NCBI RefSeq assembly: GCF_006345805.1
Contig: NC_043008.1
Coordinates: 6,076,001 to 6,140,000 of the forward strand
Direction: 5' to 3'
Length of the DNA: 64,000 bases
Source of the DNA: Octopus sinensis
Taxonomy: Eukaryota
The notes beneath the pieces are model-generated. The model worked only from the letters and a program-made list of their open reading frames with translations, was not told where the DNA came from and made no database searches. Made by a program: the position numbers and the translations under genes. How positions within the stretch are numbered: the stretch's first letter is position 1; each line of letters opens with the position of its first letter. This document shows positions 25,425 to 38,884 of the stretch, piece by piece.

Positions 25425-25790
25425 TACTCTCTTTTACTTGTTTCAGTCATTTGACTGCGGCCATGCTGGAGCACCACCTTTAGTCGAGCAAATCGACACC
25501 AGGACTTATTCTTTGTAAGCCTAGTACTCATTCTATCGGTCTTTTTTGCTGAACTGCTAAGTTATGGGGATGTAATCACACCAGCATCGGTTGTCAAGCA
25601 ATAGTGGGACACATGCACACACAAATATATGATGGGCTTCTTTCAGTTTCTGTCTACCAAATCTACTCACAAGGCTTTGGTCAGCCCTGAGGCTATAGCA
25701 GAAGACACTTGCCCAAGGAGCCATGCAGTGGGACTGAACCCAGAACCATGTGGCTGGGAAGCAAGCTACTTACCACACAGCCACTCCTGC
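25425..25790 (-). mobile_element. Family 1 SINE
   Basis: Family motifs. Confidence 0.9.
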
Positions 25791-26079
25791 ACCTATAGCA
25801 GTAATTCATAAAGAACTTTCATAAATAAACCAGCGTCAGTTAGCAGTTGATTCTCTTCACACATGTTAGTTAATGACCAGGAAATAAATACAAAAATTCA
25901 CAGCTTCCATTTATTCTGCCCTAAATACATTAATGGTAACTGTCACTTATAGAATGTTTCTGAGTACAAAAATCCAAGTAACTTATGACATTAATTCAGC
26001 AAACACTTAATGGATTAATATAACAATGATCAGTTAATTTAAGCAGTTTCATAAGCTGAAGTTAAAATACAGACGAATA

Positions 26080-26420
26080 TCATCATCATCATCGTTTAAT
26101 GTCTGCTTTCCATGCTAGCATGGGTTTGGAGGATTTGACTGAGGGCTGGTGAACCAGATGGCTGCATCAGGTCCAATCTTGATTTGGCAGAGTTTCTACA
26201 GCTGGATGCCCTTCCTAATGCCAACCACTCTGAGAGTGTAATGGGTGCTTTTACATGCCACCAGCACAGGGGCCAGTCAGGCAGTACTGGCAACGGTCAT
26301 GGAAAAATCGTGTTTTTTTTTATGTGTAACCTGCACACCGGCACAAGGGCCAGTAAGGTGATGCTGGTAATGATCACGCTCGAACGGTGCTTTTTACGTG
26401 CCACTGGCACGAATGCTAGA
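26080..26420 (-). mobile_element. Family 3 SINE
   Basis: Family motifs. Confidence 0.85.
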
Positions 26421-27175
26421 TTCCCTTGATTGAAAATATAAGGACACAGATCATGTCATATAGCCAGCTAGAGACGATGGCTCCTGGGGCTAAATTACAG
26501 CAACATTAGTCCTAAACCAGGACTGCCATGTTATGTTGGCAAACAATCTTTACTACAAAGTACTGTTGCTGAATATCTCATGTTGTGAGATTTAAAAATA
26601 GTAATTTTCTAATAAATTTTGTGTTGCAGAATTCAAATTGAAAACTTAGAGAATTAATACAATTCTTTTACAGTTGTTCCTTTTCCTGCTTTCATACGTC
26701 AAGCTCAGCATGCAGGTACAAAGTTTATCAAAAGATTATTTAAGCCATAAAAGAATGCAACACCAGATTCCATAAAAACACACAAACTTTGGTTTTTTTT
26801 CTTTGTCTTACAGTCAGTATAACCATGTTTACCTTAATGACCAATCACCAATTATTATATTGATTCCATTTTTCAGATAAACAGTCTGCTTCCAGACAGG
26901 CACAGCTCTCAGAAAACAACAACAACAACAACAACAACAAAATTTCTAAAATAAGTGCTGGACATAAATATGTTAACCAATATTCTTTCCTGTTCAACTT
27001 CAAACAGAGATATCAAATTGCCGGTTACATAAATTATTCATTCTTTTCTGCTAATTATTGCAAAAGGAATGGCAAGCAACACCTAGCATTTAGCTTTTGC
27101 TGACTTTTACTTGCCACATGCAACTTGATTTGGAGTAATTCACTATTAGTCTTGCTGCAGCATGAGACACAAATC

Positions 27176-27515
27176 ATTATCATCATCACCATCACCATCA
27201 TCATCATCACCAGCACCACCATCATCATCATCACCACCATCATTACCATCATCATCATCATCACCATCACCATCACCATCACCACCATCATCATCATCAC
27301 CACCATCTTCATCACCACCATCATCATCACCACCATCATCACCATCATCATCATCATCATCATCACCACCATCATCATCACCACCATCATCATCACCACC
27401 ATCATCACCATCATCATCATCATCATCACCACCATCATCATCATCACCACCATCATCATCACCACCATCATCATCATCACCATCATCATCGTCGTTTAAC
27501 GTCCGTCTTCCATGT
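27176..27515 (-). repeat. (CAT/CAC)n cryptic microsatellite forming the expanded tail of a truncated family 3 SINE
   Basis: The repeat runs directly into CGTTTAACGTCCGTCTTCCATG. Confidence 0.9.
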
Positions 27516-28119
27516 TTGTGAGAAATTCCCGCTGTCATTATCCAATTTCACTTATTGATCCCAAAGTTAGTATATGATAGCATTGTAGTAATAGTAGTAG
27601 TAGTAGCAGCAGCAGCAGTAGTAGTATTAAGAGGGGGGAGAGGAAGATGGCAGAAAGAAATACTGATATTCTTTGCAATTTGTCTTCCGTCTTTTTCGGA
27701 TTGTTTTATATTTTCTATTGATTTCACAGACATAAATGTAATGGCTGCTCTCACACAACAATCTCGATATCAACTAAGTAAATGGTAAAAGTGGAACCGA
27801 AACTATAATAGCTGTGTAAAAATAGTCTCAGAACAAAATGGAGGTCAATTTGTAGGTTGAGACTGCTATTTTCAATAACACTAGTACAGTCTTATTGGTA
27901 CAGTGACCTCGCTACTAGAAATAAAGACAACAATGGTTCCTAATTTAGGCATAAAACCATAAGTAAACCCCAGGAACTTCATTTTATCAACCCCAGGAAA
28001 ATAAATGGCAAACTTGATCTTGGGATTTTATATCAGAATGTAAGGAACCAGAACAACAACATCTTTACCAACACTGACATTTCTTCAAATTCCTCCAACT
28101 GTAATACTAGTAGTGACAT

Positions 28120-28275
28120 TATTTACATTTGACGGATATTTGTCCTCATCTTGTTTGTTGTTAACACAATGTTTCGGCTGATATACCCTCCAGCTTTCAT
28201 CAGGTGTCTTGGGGAAATTTAAAACCTAGGTTCTTATTCCTAAGCTATTTTTCGATGTTGTTTTTATTATTATTA

Positions 28276-28310
<35 letters not shown>

Positions 28311-28407
28311 TCATGGGCATATGGCATAGCGGTTAAGAGCATGGGCTACTAACCCCAAAATTCCAAGTTCAATTCCAAGTAGTGACCTTAATAATAATAA
28401 TAATAAT
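28120..28407 (-). mobile_element. HHR-SINE copy 2 (tail on minus, tRNA head inverted onto plus at 28313-28387)
   Basis: The tail matches 5480-5600. The head on plus has A box TGGCATAGCGG and B box GTTCAATTCC. Confidence 0.8.
28164..28207 (-). ncRNA. Minimal hammerhead ribozyme motif
   Basis: ACAC-CTGATGA-A-AGCTG(GAGGGTATAT)CAGCC-GAAA-CA-TT-GTGT. Core CTGATGA/GAAA/UH is intact, with two stem substitutions. Confidence 0.75.
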
Positions 28408-29121
28408 CTGTGATATGCAATAGAAATAATATTAGATTAAAATAGTTATCCGTGTAGCATACTTGATGTAAACAGATGGTGAAAAGGCAAATTTATAGCA
28501 GTATTTGTTTGGACATAATATCCCTTTTGGATATGTTTTGTTTAAAAACACAATAATAATAAAAGAAATGTGAGCAAAACTGATTACTTATCAATAAGAC
28601 CAGTTTTTTTGTTTAGTTTTTGTTTATAATGTAATCAAAATTTTTTTACTGCCTTGTTAAAAATAGCAAATAATTTGATTATCTACCATAAGATTAACAA
28701 ACTAGAATACAAAGAGAAACAGAGGTAAATAGTATATAACCGTCATTAGATTACAGAATGCTACTTCATCGACATAAGCATTACACCAACATAAAATCTA
28801 TGTTGACATACAGACATCGATATATGGAATGTTCACAGAAATAAGATTGTGCCAAGGACAAGTAAACAACTATGGAAGATATTTTGAAGATTGTCAGATG
28901 TTTTTCTTTAAAATGCAAATACTTCTTGTCACAACAATTTCGTTTTGCTTGAGATAACATGAAATTGTGATAGGTCAGCAAAATAGTGTCTAGTGACTTA
29001 TTTAAGAAATATAACTGTATTAGTACAGACATATTGGTATTGAGAGTAAATAAGCGGTAGTAGAAAATACATGCTGTATGGATGGCAGTTGGAGACAGGG
29101 GTATCCCACATGACATAGAAA

Positions 29122-29310
29122 AGCAGGGGTTCTCAACCATTTTTTTATCTATGTCCCTTTCATTACTATTTTATTCTCCCATAATAAACCATATTCAAGG
29201 TTTAAAAACTAGCTTTATAGAATTTTATTTATTAATGTTTTTCTCCACATTGACTTGTGTAGGTTGAACTCTGTAAAATGTCAGAGAAAGAAATTTACCT
29301 GTTTCTTGCA
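29122..29310. mobile_element. hAT/Charlie-like MITE end
   Basis: Begins CAGGGGTTCTCAACC, resembling Charlie/MER5-type TIRs. The other end is not seen. Confidence 0.4.
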
Positions 29311-29311
29311 A

Positions 29312-29590
29312 TTATCATCATCATCATCATTTCACGTCTCCTTTCCATGCTGGCATGGGTTGGACGGTTTGACTGAGGACTGGTGAGCCAGAAGGCTGCA
29401 CTAGGGTCCAATCTGATCTGGCAGAGTTTCTACAGCTGGATGCCCTTCCTAACACCAACCACTCCGAGAGTGTAGTGGGTGCTTTTATGTGCCACTTGTA
29501 TGAGGACCAGTCAGGTGGTTCTGGCAACGACCACACTCAAAAGGTGTTTTTTACATGCTACCTGCATGGGAGCCAATCTGGTGGCACCAA
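29312..29590 (-). mobile_element. Family 3 SINE
   Basis: Family motifs. Confidence 0.85.
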
Positions 29591-30235
29591 GGTTGACTTT
29601 GCCTTTCATCTTTTCAGGGTCGATAAATTAAGTACTAGTTGCATACTGGGGTCAATAGAAAAGAATATCAACATTGTCCTTCTATTATATAAAACATACA
29701 CTGAATATTAACATTCTAGGAGAGAAGAGAATATACAAGTGGCTCTTATATCTTTCAGTTACGCAACAAATGTTTCCATTTTATAATCAAAACATCAACT
29801 TAATTCTGTTTCCTCATGGGAAAAGTATTCCAATTTTGTACTTAAACAAATGAAACCCTGTCAAAATTTATTCTTCAAATGAAAGATCTCACAAAGGATT
29901 TTTTTGAAATGCTCATCATTCAGAAATAGCAAAAACAGTTTATTAAAATGCTGAAGGCAACTATAAATAGCGAAATAGTTAAAAGTTTCCATTATTAATA
30001 GTGATTTATTTTATTGTTGAAAATGAATGAAAGATATAAAATTGAATAATGGCTCCTCCTCCGATGAATACTATATAATATTTTCCTTCATTGACTGAGT
30101 CTTTCAGGAATTATTTTTTAGATTTGGTAAACCATAACCATTATCATTTAATGGCTGTTTTCCATGCTGGCATGAGTTGGGCAGATTGACAAGAGCCTGG
30201 CAAGCCAGAGAATTGCACTGGGTTCCATTTGTCTG

Positions 30236-30271
<36 letters not shown>

Positions 30272-30274
30272 AGT

Positions 30275-30890
30275 GGCAAGATGAAAGAATTGTGGATACA
30301 ATGGGCAAAATGCTAAGTGGCATTTTGTCTGTCTTTACATTCTGGGTTCAAAGTTGACTTTGCCTTAATCCTTTTGGGGCTGATGAAATAAGTACCAGCG
30401 ATACACTGGGGTTGATGTAATCGACTAGATTCTTCCTCACAAAATTTCAGACCTTGTGCCTATTGTAGAAATAATTATTATTACTCTTACTAACACCAAC
30501 CACTCCAAAAGGGCCAGAGGAGGCTGGCATCGACCACAATTGGATAGTGCCTTTTATGTTCCACTGGGGAGCCAGTCAAGGCAGTGCAGGCATCAGCCAC
30601 GTTTGGATGGTGCTTTTTACGTACCACCAGCACAGAAGCCAATCGGAGTGAGGGGTCTGGCATCGACCATATTCAGTGAGGTTGCAGAATTGTTAGCACA
30701 CCAGTCAAAATGCTTAAAAGCATTTTGCCTACCTCTACGCTCTGAGTTCAAATGCTGCCAGGGTCAACTTTGCCTTTCATTCTTATGGGGTTAAGAAAAT
30801 AAGCACAAGTTATGCACTGGGGGCGATGTAATCAACGATCCCCTTCCCCAAAATTTCACACCTTGTACGTTTAGCGGAAAGGATTATTAT
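30275..30890 (+). mobile_element. Two family 2 SINEs separated by a family 3 fragment
   Basis: TTGACTTTGCCTT...AAATAAGTACCAG at ~30355, and CAACTTTGCCTTTCATTC...AAATAAGCAC at ~30765. Confidence 0.75.
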
Positions 30891-32779
30891 TATTATTATT
30901 ATTCCTATTATCAGATCTCGCATGATTCTCCCCTGGTACCATTACCACTGCTACAACATGCTATACACTTCTCAAGGATGATGTATTGAGTTTTTACTTC
31001 ACTCTACAGATCTGACTCTTGTGACATCCCCCCTCCTGCCAAAACAACAAAACAAAACAAGATAATGAGATAAACCAAACCATCTCGTTATTTCTATTAA
31101 CAACATAACGAATGTTCAACTGATCACAGTTGCAGAAGAGATGATAATTAACAAGCGTAAGAAACTGGTTTTTTTCTTTTCTAGATTAAAATGTTTGCCA
31201 GAGCATGTAAAATGATAATTAAAATGTTGCACCTTCCAAAGGTAATTAATAAGTACTCAAGGAAGTATTTAAGAAATAAGCATCTTGTTGCGGAAAAGCT
31301 ATTTGGTAAAACAGCTCAACTAATCTTCATAGAAAATTGTTATTACAAAAGCAACTACAAACTCGGTTTTATATATTTTTACTAAATTTTTTTTGATTTA
31401 AATTCTACAATTTATGAGAGCAACATCTATCCTTTCTTTTCAAAACAATGTGAATTCTGTTGTTCTTCTCCCATCTCTCTCTCTCCAACTTTCTCTTTTC
31501 ATTTCTTACAACCTTTTCACTTTCTGAATAATTTTGTAACATTATTTTAACAGCAGTAAGTATATAAGTTTCTCAAGTATAAAAGGGAGCGAGAGAGAAA
31601 AGAAAAGCAAAATTCATTTAGCATATAACAAACTGTATCATATGATCCAAATATAAGAGAATGCAGAACATAACCAACAGACAAGAGAGAAAGAAAACGT
31701 CATTTTATTTATCTCTCATGTTCTTTTTCTTGTTCTATAACATAATTGTAATTTCATTTGATTATATTTTGAATTAAAGGAAAACTCGGGGAAAGAAAAC
31801 TAAAACAGTATTACTTTGTGTATACAGACATGATTTCTGTAGACGTATATGGTGGGTTTGTGTGTTTTTGTTTATGTATGTAAATGGATGTAGTTGCATA
31901 ATAGTTACATAACCACTACACCGTTTGTTATTTTAATCATTAATTCATTATGCCAAACGTTGGTGACGAGACAATATTGGGAGTGTAAGACTGTCACCCA
32001 TCAGTGATTGGGCAAAATATTTTCTTTGCTTCTCTATTTGAAACTGCAAAATAAATATTATTCTAAGCAATTAATTCTGTGTAACGTATTTCTAATCCAA
32101 TAAATTTTAGGCTAATAATTCCCAGAAAGAACATATTGTTCAAACAAAATGTGATTCTTCTGTTGTTAGACCTGATGCTCTCTGTATGGCCGATAACCTA
32201 AAAACTGACATAGAACAAAGCTAGGAGTGGTTTCATATGTGGAATTGTTTAAATTAACAATCAATTATATTTAAGCTTTCCTGTATACAAACTGACTATA
32301 ACATCTACACTACGAGATGATTTATGCTAGATATTGACTAAAATAAAAATGCAGACACAATGAGACCAAACCATAATTTTTCAATTGCTACACTCATATA
32401 TTCTCCCACTGGGTTATTATACCACAATTGTTTTATGGTGAAATTATGGAGAAATCAAACAGATTTTGAATAACAAGATGTCTAATAAAAATAATACCAG
32501 CAAACTGAGCAGTGTTGGTCTAGAGACTTGTTCTAATAGATTCCCACCCCCCATCAGTTCAACATATTGCCTCTTACTGGTGAAGCCAAGTTAGATATAA
32601 GAAAATTGAGCGTTAAGACTTCTTCATCCAATTAAATGAATCTTTATCTGATAATAAAACCAACTCTGTTGAATTCCTCTCTTTAACATTATTCAAATGA
32701 GAAAGTTCTGGAGGGGAGGAGAACATAAACTGAATTTCAGGACTTGAAAGGAATAGAAAATAGTTAATTGGATCAATGG

Positions 32780-33330
32780 AAAAAAATTCTTGGCATTTTT
32801 AAGGAATCATTTAAATAGAGACAATGTTGAAGTTTTCCGTTTTTCAGGGAATCTTCTAAACGAATTTCAACGACATCCAATTTCACAGCATTTCTATGTT
32901 ATGAATTATCGATATGTTTACACTTTATTATTTTTTAAAGGTCAACGTCTCTATTTATTTATCTTAATATGTTGTCGCTTCATTAACTTTCTCTTTAATA
33001 TGTCTGTTGCTTATTTTAACGTATTTCAGACTTAAGAGTTAATGTTCTGAATGGAATATTGGCAACACCATGGTAGAACTGTTTTCAATTTGGGCCTCTA
33101 TAGTGGATTTCTACCCAATTATTGAGGTGTCGGGTTTAATACTTCTCTATATCCTGACTTTTAGATTAGCAAAAATGTCTGATGCTCAATTCGTTCTCTA
33201 ATTCCCATTTTCATTTATAAGCAGTTCTAAGATTATAAAAAGTAAAACTGTTTGAATATTCCTTTCAAATGTCTTAGAAGAACCTACAAATTATTGTATT
33301 TAGAAATATTTTTGAAAACCTTGATCAGAC
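32780..33330 (-). pseudogene. Decayed Penelope-like RT fragment
   Basis: Minus-strand remnants VLNPT..LG and KLDVVE resemble the PLE LINP...LG and KLDIVEFYPS motifs, in the right order. Many stops and frameshifts. Confidence 0.45.
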
Positions 33331-33775
33331 AAGGAGTTATTTTTCTTTTAATGTCAAACCTATTTCACCTGTTTACCTCATCACCACCATCATCATCATC
33401 ATCATCATTATCATCATTTAATATCCATTGCCCATGCTGGCATAGGTTGGATGGTTTGACCATGCTGGTAAATTGAAGGGCTGTACCAGACTCCAGTCTG
33501 ATTTGGCACAGTTTCTATGGCTGGATGCCCTTTCTAACGCCAACCACTCTGAGAGTGTAATGGGTGCTTTTGCATGCCAATGGCATGGGTACCATTTAAT
33601 CTATTAATTTACATCATTTCATTTTGCTGATAGACTTTCAAGGACTTCTTCACATCTAAAAGAGTGTCATGGGAGATAATATTATTTTTACCCTTCAGTA
33701 CCAGACAAATACTGAGTGAATAAATTCATAATCAAAGAAATTCCAGATATGACCATCTTGTTTCTTTATCATTTT

Positions 33776-33818
<43 letters not shown>

Positions 33819-35526
33819 TAGGTAATAAAAACTACAATAAAATATCCAATGATTCTTCCCTTTTTGAAACGATAGTATGATATTTGAGTGAGGCTTGTCT
33901 GTAATTTTTAGCAGGTTGAGTGACTACCCTAGAAATTCTGTCATTGAGAAACTGTATATGTAGAGTGTCTTGCAATTCTTCTGAATTTTCACAAGGAATG
34001 ATACTAAAGTGAGGAACCACTGAGAACATTTATGAGGCAACACCATAACTTTGTAAGGATTTCAAAGGAATTTAATAATTAGAAAAGACTGCAGAGGTTT
34101 TTTACAGTTATGGCTGTTGGTAGATTACAATAAGCAGCGTAGTGTGGACATTTTATTTATTTATTTTAGTTGCAGATTTACATTTGTATTAAACTCTGGA
34201 ACTTGTGGCAAAGAAGAAAAAGCAACAATAATTAATCCTTCAAAAATACATTAATACCTGCTTCTCTGAGTTTTTGGTAAAAAAACACAAAAGCTCTGAT
34301 ATTTGACGTATTAACTAATCCGATCTCCAAAGTTTACTCAAGGGGAAGAGTAAATAATAAAACCGTTATTCTGTGATTCTTAAAGTCAAAAAGAATGTTA
34401 TTATTTTCAGTATCAATATATGAACTGAATGAAGTATTTCTTCAGCTGTTTTTATGGTTTTATTGTCTTTTTTTTTGTTTTTTTCTTACATCCAATTTTT
34501 CATGCTAAGATAACCAAAATGGAATTTCTTTGAAGAAATCTTTCACAACAGGAAGATTGTCCAACTGGTAACCAAACTAAAAACTCATTTGTCATTCAGA
34601 TCCAATTTTCCATGGTGAGATGACCAAGAAGGAGTTTCTTTGATGAAATATTTTTTTTTTACAAGAGGAGGTCTGTTCTATTGACAGCTAAAAGTAGAAA
34701 CTAATTTATCACTGAGACAGACTGAAACAAGGAAGGTTCTATCACTTGCTCAAAGACACAAGAGATGGCTGTAATAAGGATTGAATGTGGAACTTAGTCG
34801 TCAGTATCCCATCACTTTAACCATTATGCTGTTCTATATTACACAAAATATTGGCTTCCCAGTATATATATTAAAAAAAATACTGAAAATATTGGAGTTT
34901 AAAGATTCTGTTAGACATTGCATTTTATGAATGAAATATAGAATTAAATTTGTGGTTAAATATTTGTCATAATTACCCAGATCCAGGCTTTGAGTTCTTT
35001 GATTTATTCAAACTTCTATTGAATTGAAAGGTAAGAAGAATAGGGACAATATCGATCCTTTCTTCTAAATTGAAGAATCCTTTTACTTCTAAGTAGAAGA
35101 GACCAAATCAAAATGTCAGTCAACATCCAGATACTTTGAGGTTGATATATCAGAAGAAAATGGTTTCTTCAAGTTGGCAGCTAAAGATGTCAGTGAATGA
35201 TGACTTAAACATGGATTTTTACTTTCTTTCTTCCCCCATCTCTCTTAAAAAACTTTTCAGTGTTGATGGATAAATCAACAAAAAGTTGATTTGTAGAAAC
35301 AAATCAACTTTTTGTAAGTTACGCAGCTCACCCAATGTTTTTATTTTTCCCTGAACAAGGACAATAAAACAGGAGATGTCAGCGATATTTGAGCAGAGAA
35401 AAATGATGGACTGAATTCAATTTAGAAAAACATCAAGTATGACATTCATATATTGCAGCTTCAATATTTATTTTCCATGCACAAGAAAGCTTTAACATTG
35501 ACTTAGGAAACAGGTGCACGACTAAC

Positions 35527-35910
35527 CTATTTCTTTACTACCCACAAGGGGCTACACACAGAGGGGACAAACAAGGACACACAGATGGATCAAGTTGATT
35601 ATATCGACCCCAAAAGGATGAAAAGCAAAGTCGACCTCGGCGGAATTTGAACTCAGAACGTAAAGATAGACGAAATACCTATTTCTTTACTACCCACAAG
35701 GGGCTAAACACAGAGGGGACAAACAAGGATAGACAAAGGGATCAAGTCGATTATATCGACCCCAGTGTGTAACTGGTCCTTAATTTATCGACTCCGAAAG
35801 GATGAAAGGCAAAGTCGATCTCGGCGGAATTTGAACTCAGAATGTAGCGGCAGACGAAATATGGCTACGCATTTCGTCCAGCGTGCTAACGTTTCTGCCA
35901 GCTCGCCGCA
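35527..35910 (-). mobile_element. Head-to-tail dimer of family 2 SINE
   Basis: CCTATTTCTTTACTACCCACAAGGGG occurs twice, ~150 bp apart. The first unit has an internal deletion. Confidence 0.85.
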
Positions 35911-37158
35911 TGACTAACCTTCAGACCAAAGACTAGGATATCCTTCAACTCACTGTTTTACAGAATTCTAGTTCTAATTAATTGGGACTCATTTGCATTA
36001 GTTAATTAAAAACACATACGCACACATACTGCCATCTATGTATCACATCTAATGTGACAGCATTGTTGAAAAGCAAATTTATTGTGATAATCATCCCAGG
36101 ATAACATCTCTTATGGCTATGTTGTTTTTAGAAGTACAAATATATTGGAGGGAGATGGAAATCATCTCAACAGGGGTCAGCAAGAATGCAAGATATACTT
36201 CAGCCTTGTTAGGTCTTGTCAATTGTGTGTACTCACAACTAGTGACATGCTTGAATGAGATCTATCATCTCCAGTACATAGGAAAACAGTGAACAAACAT
36301 TCACTGGTATTGCATACAGCGGCTGGCTGAATAAAAGTCTATTATATGTGATAGAATCAGAATTAGAATAAAACAACTATTTATGTATCATACACAATGT
36401 AAATACATAACTGAAGGGCAAATTTACTGTGGTATTAGACCAGATATAATATTTCCTATGGATGTACTGTATTGCAAAACAATATACATATAGTGTTGTA
36501 ACCCTTAGTTCAATCTGGTTTTGTTAAACATTGTACATCAATGCTTCTTTACCTTTGATTAATTAAAGTAGTCTTGCCTACCATATGAATTACCAACCAT
36601 TATGGTAATGAGAAAAGCCAGACTTTTAATCTACTAACATTCTAATAACATTATCCTGTTATCTAATTAATATTAAAACTAGAGGGTTGTAGATTAGTGA
36701 TTATATCTGTAGCAGGGTTTACTATCACTCCCTGATAACTGTAATGTTTTTAATTCATATACAACAATAATATCATTGAGAAAGGCATGAAAGCCATGCA
36801 ATCTTAATGCTTGGCTCTGATAAGAAGATTTCTGTCTCATGGGGAGAATCAATATTAAATACCTGAGATTAAACAAAAGTACCCAAGAAATAAATAGCTT
36901 GATCAGATAATAACTTGTTATTTACATATATGAACTTCATAATCTCACAGACTGGGTCTTCTTGATTCCTCTACTTGAAATAAATATTTAGAAAAACAAA
37001 TTTAGCAAAGATATATCTTAGTGCATCTCATAAGAAAAACATAGAGACGTCTTCATTCTAACTAAAAAGCAACACTTACATTGTTAAAGGTACAAATCAT
37101 TGAGTTTAAATATTGTTTTAACCCTAGTTAATCATTATATTGAGGAAAGTTAAACAGC

Positions 37159-37482
37159 AAGGAGTGGCTGTGTGGTAAGTAGCTTGCTTAGGAAACACAT
37201 GGTTCCGGGTTCATTCCCACAGTGTAGCACCTTGGGCAAGTGTCTTCTACTATAGCCTTAGGTCGATCAAAGCCTTGTGAGTGGATTTGGTAGATGGAAA
37301 CTGAAGGAAGCCCGTCGTATATACGTATATAAATATATATGCATGTATGTAAGTGTTTGTGTGTCTGTGTTTGTCCCCCCACCATTGCTTGACAACTGAT
37401 GGTGGTATGTTTACGTCCCCGTAACTTAGCGGTTCAGCAAAAGAGACCTATAGTATAAGTACTAGGCTTACAAAGAATAAGT
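37159..37482 (+). mobile_element. Family 1 SINE
   Basis: GGAGTGGCTGTGTGGTAAGTAGCTTGC... head. Confidence 0.9.
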
Positions 37483-38334
37483 AAGAGAGTAAAAAGAGCA
37501 ATACAGAACTCAACTGAATATTTTGTAGTTTTTAATTAAGTACCTTCACATTCTGAGTTCAAATCTTGCATTCAGCACTATATTTTATCCTTCTACAATT
37601 GATAAAATATAAAGATTAAACCTCTCAAATGAATCCTTTCAACTGACAGGGACCACCCACAAACTTGTGGAATGGTGCTAATATAATAAACCAATATCAT
37701 CACTTTCCATAAATTCATTTCAATTATAAAGTAGATTTCTGACTGTATATTTTCGGGAGAATATTAATGGTGAATGTTTTCCACAGTGTTAAAAGAGTGC
37801 CAGCAATTTCCAAACTAGAATGATGTAGTAAGTAAAGTTTGCTGCCATTATGTCCTGACATAGATCCAAATATAATATAATTGAAAAAAAAGAAATGCAT
37901 TGCAAACCAAAGAATACTTTTCTTTATAAGAATAAAGCTTTCACGTAAAATTACATCCAGCTATTCAAAATGAAATTCTTTGAAAGTAACTCCAGTTTAA
38001 AGAAGTCTGACATCAAGAGATTTCAAGAAAAATCATCAGAGACTGTTGTTCTGATTATAATTTATGTAACACTGTATTTTGTCAAGAAAACTAATTTAAG
38101 AAAAAAAAAGAACCAACGAAAGCTTTGCAAAAGTTCAATAAGATATAATAAGATATTCATGGTTAGAGATAAGAGTACAGATTAGACATTTGGATCGGAG
38201 TTGGCTTAGAAAAAATTGGCTTAGGTACAGCTGCACATATTAATATGGTTTGGCAACTACTGCATTCATTAAAACTTCTAGGTAGAAGCCAGAGGCTGTG
38301 TGAAGTAGGATGTTATATCCTATTGATTGTCCAT

Positions 38335-38364
<30 letters not shown>

Positions 38365-38372
<8 letters not shown>

Positions 38373-38560
38373 TCTTTATTGCCCACAAGGGGCTAAACAC
38401 AGAGGGGACAAACAAGAGCAGACAAAGGGATTAAGTCGATTACATCGACCCCAGTGTGAAACTGGTACTTTATTTATCGACCCCGAAAGGATGAAAGGCA
38501 AAGTCGACCTCGGCGGAATTTGAACTCAGAACGTAACGCCGGGTGAAATGCTTAGGAAGA
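38365..38560 (-). mobile_element. Family 2 SINE
   Basis: Family motifs. Confidence 0.9.
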
Positions 38561-38884
38561 TCTTCATGAGACGATGGATGAAGGTTGCAAATTGTCTCTT
38601 CCAACATCCCAAAAGTAGCGAAAGGTCCCACCCAAAAGCAACTTAGATGGAGATTGAAAAAAGTCTGCAATAATCCTATGTAAGGGAGAGAGCAGACAAA
38701 GAAGTCTGGGTTATCTCTTTTGCTGTCACACATGGTTTGTCAATATATATATATAATTTCAAACTAATAATAAAAGGGTAAAATTAATTAATTAAATTAA
38801 TTAATTAATCAATCAATTAATTAATAATTTTACCAAGTAGATCAGTATGTTAAAATAACCTTTATAGGTAAAATTATACAAATA

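Noticed and set aside
28313-28387. Possible real tRNA gene (anticodon-like ACT)
   Set aside because: The acceptor stem does not pair, and the sequence is the head of a repeated SINE.
29368-29395. CTGAGGA-CTGG(TGAG)CCAG-AAGG in the antisense strand of family 3 SINEs
   Set aside because: Hairpin after a CUGANGA-like word, but no GAAA, helix III or stem I.
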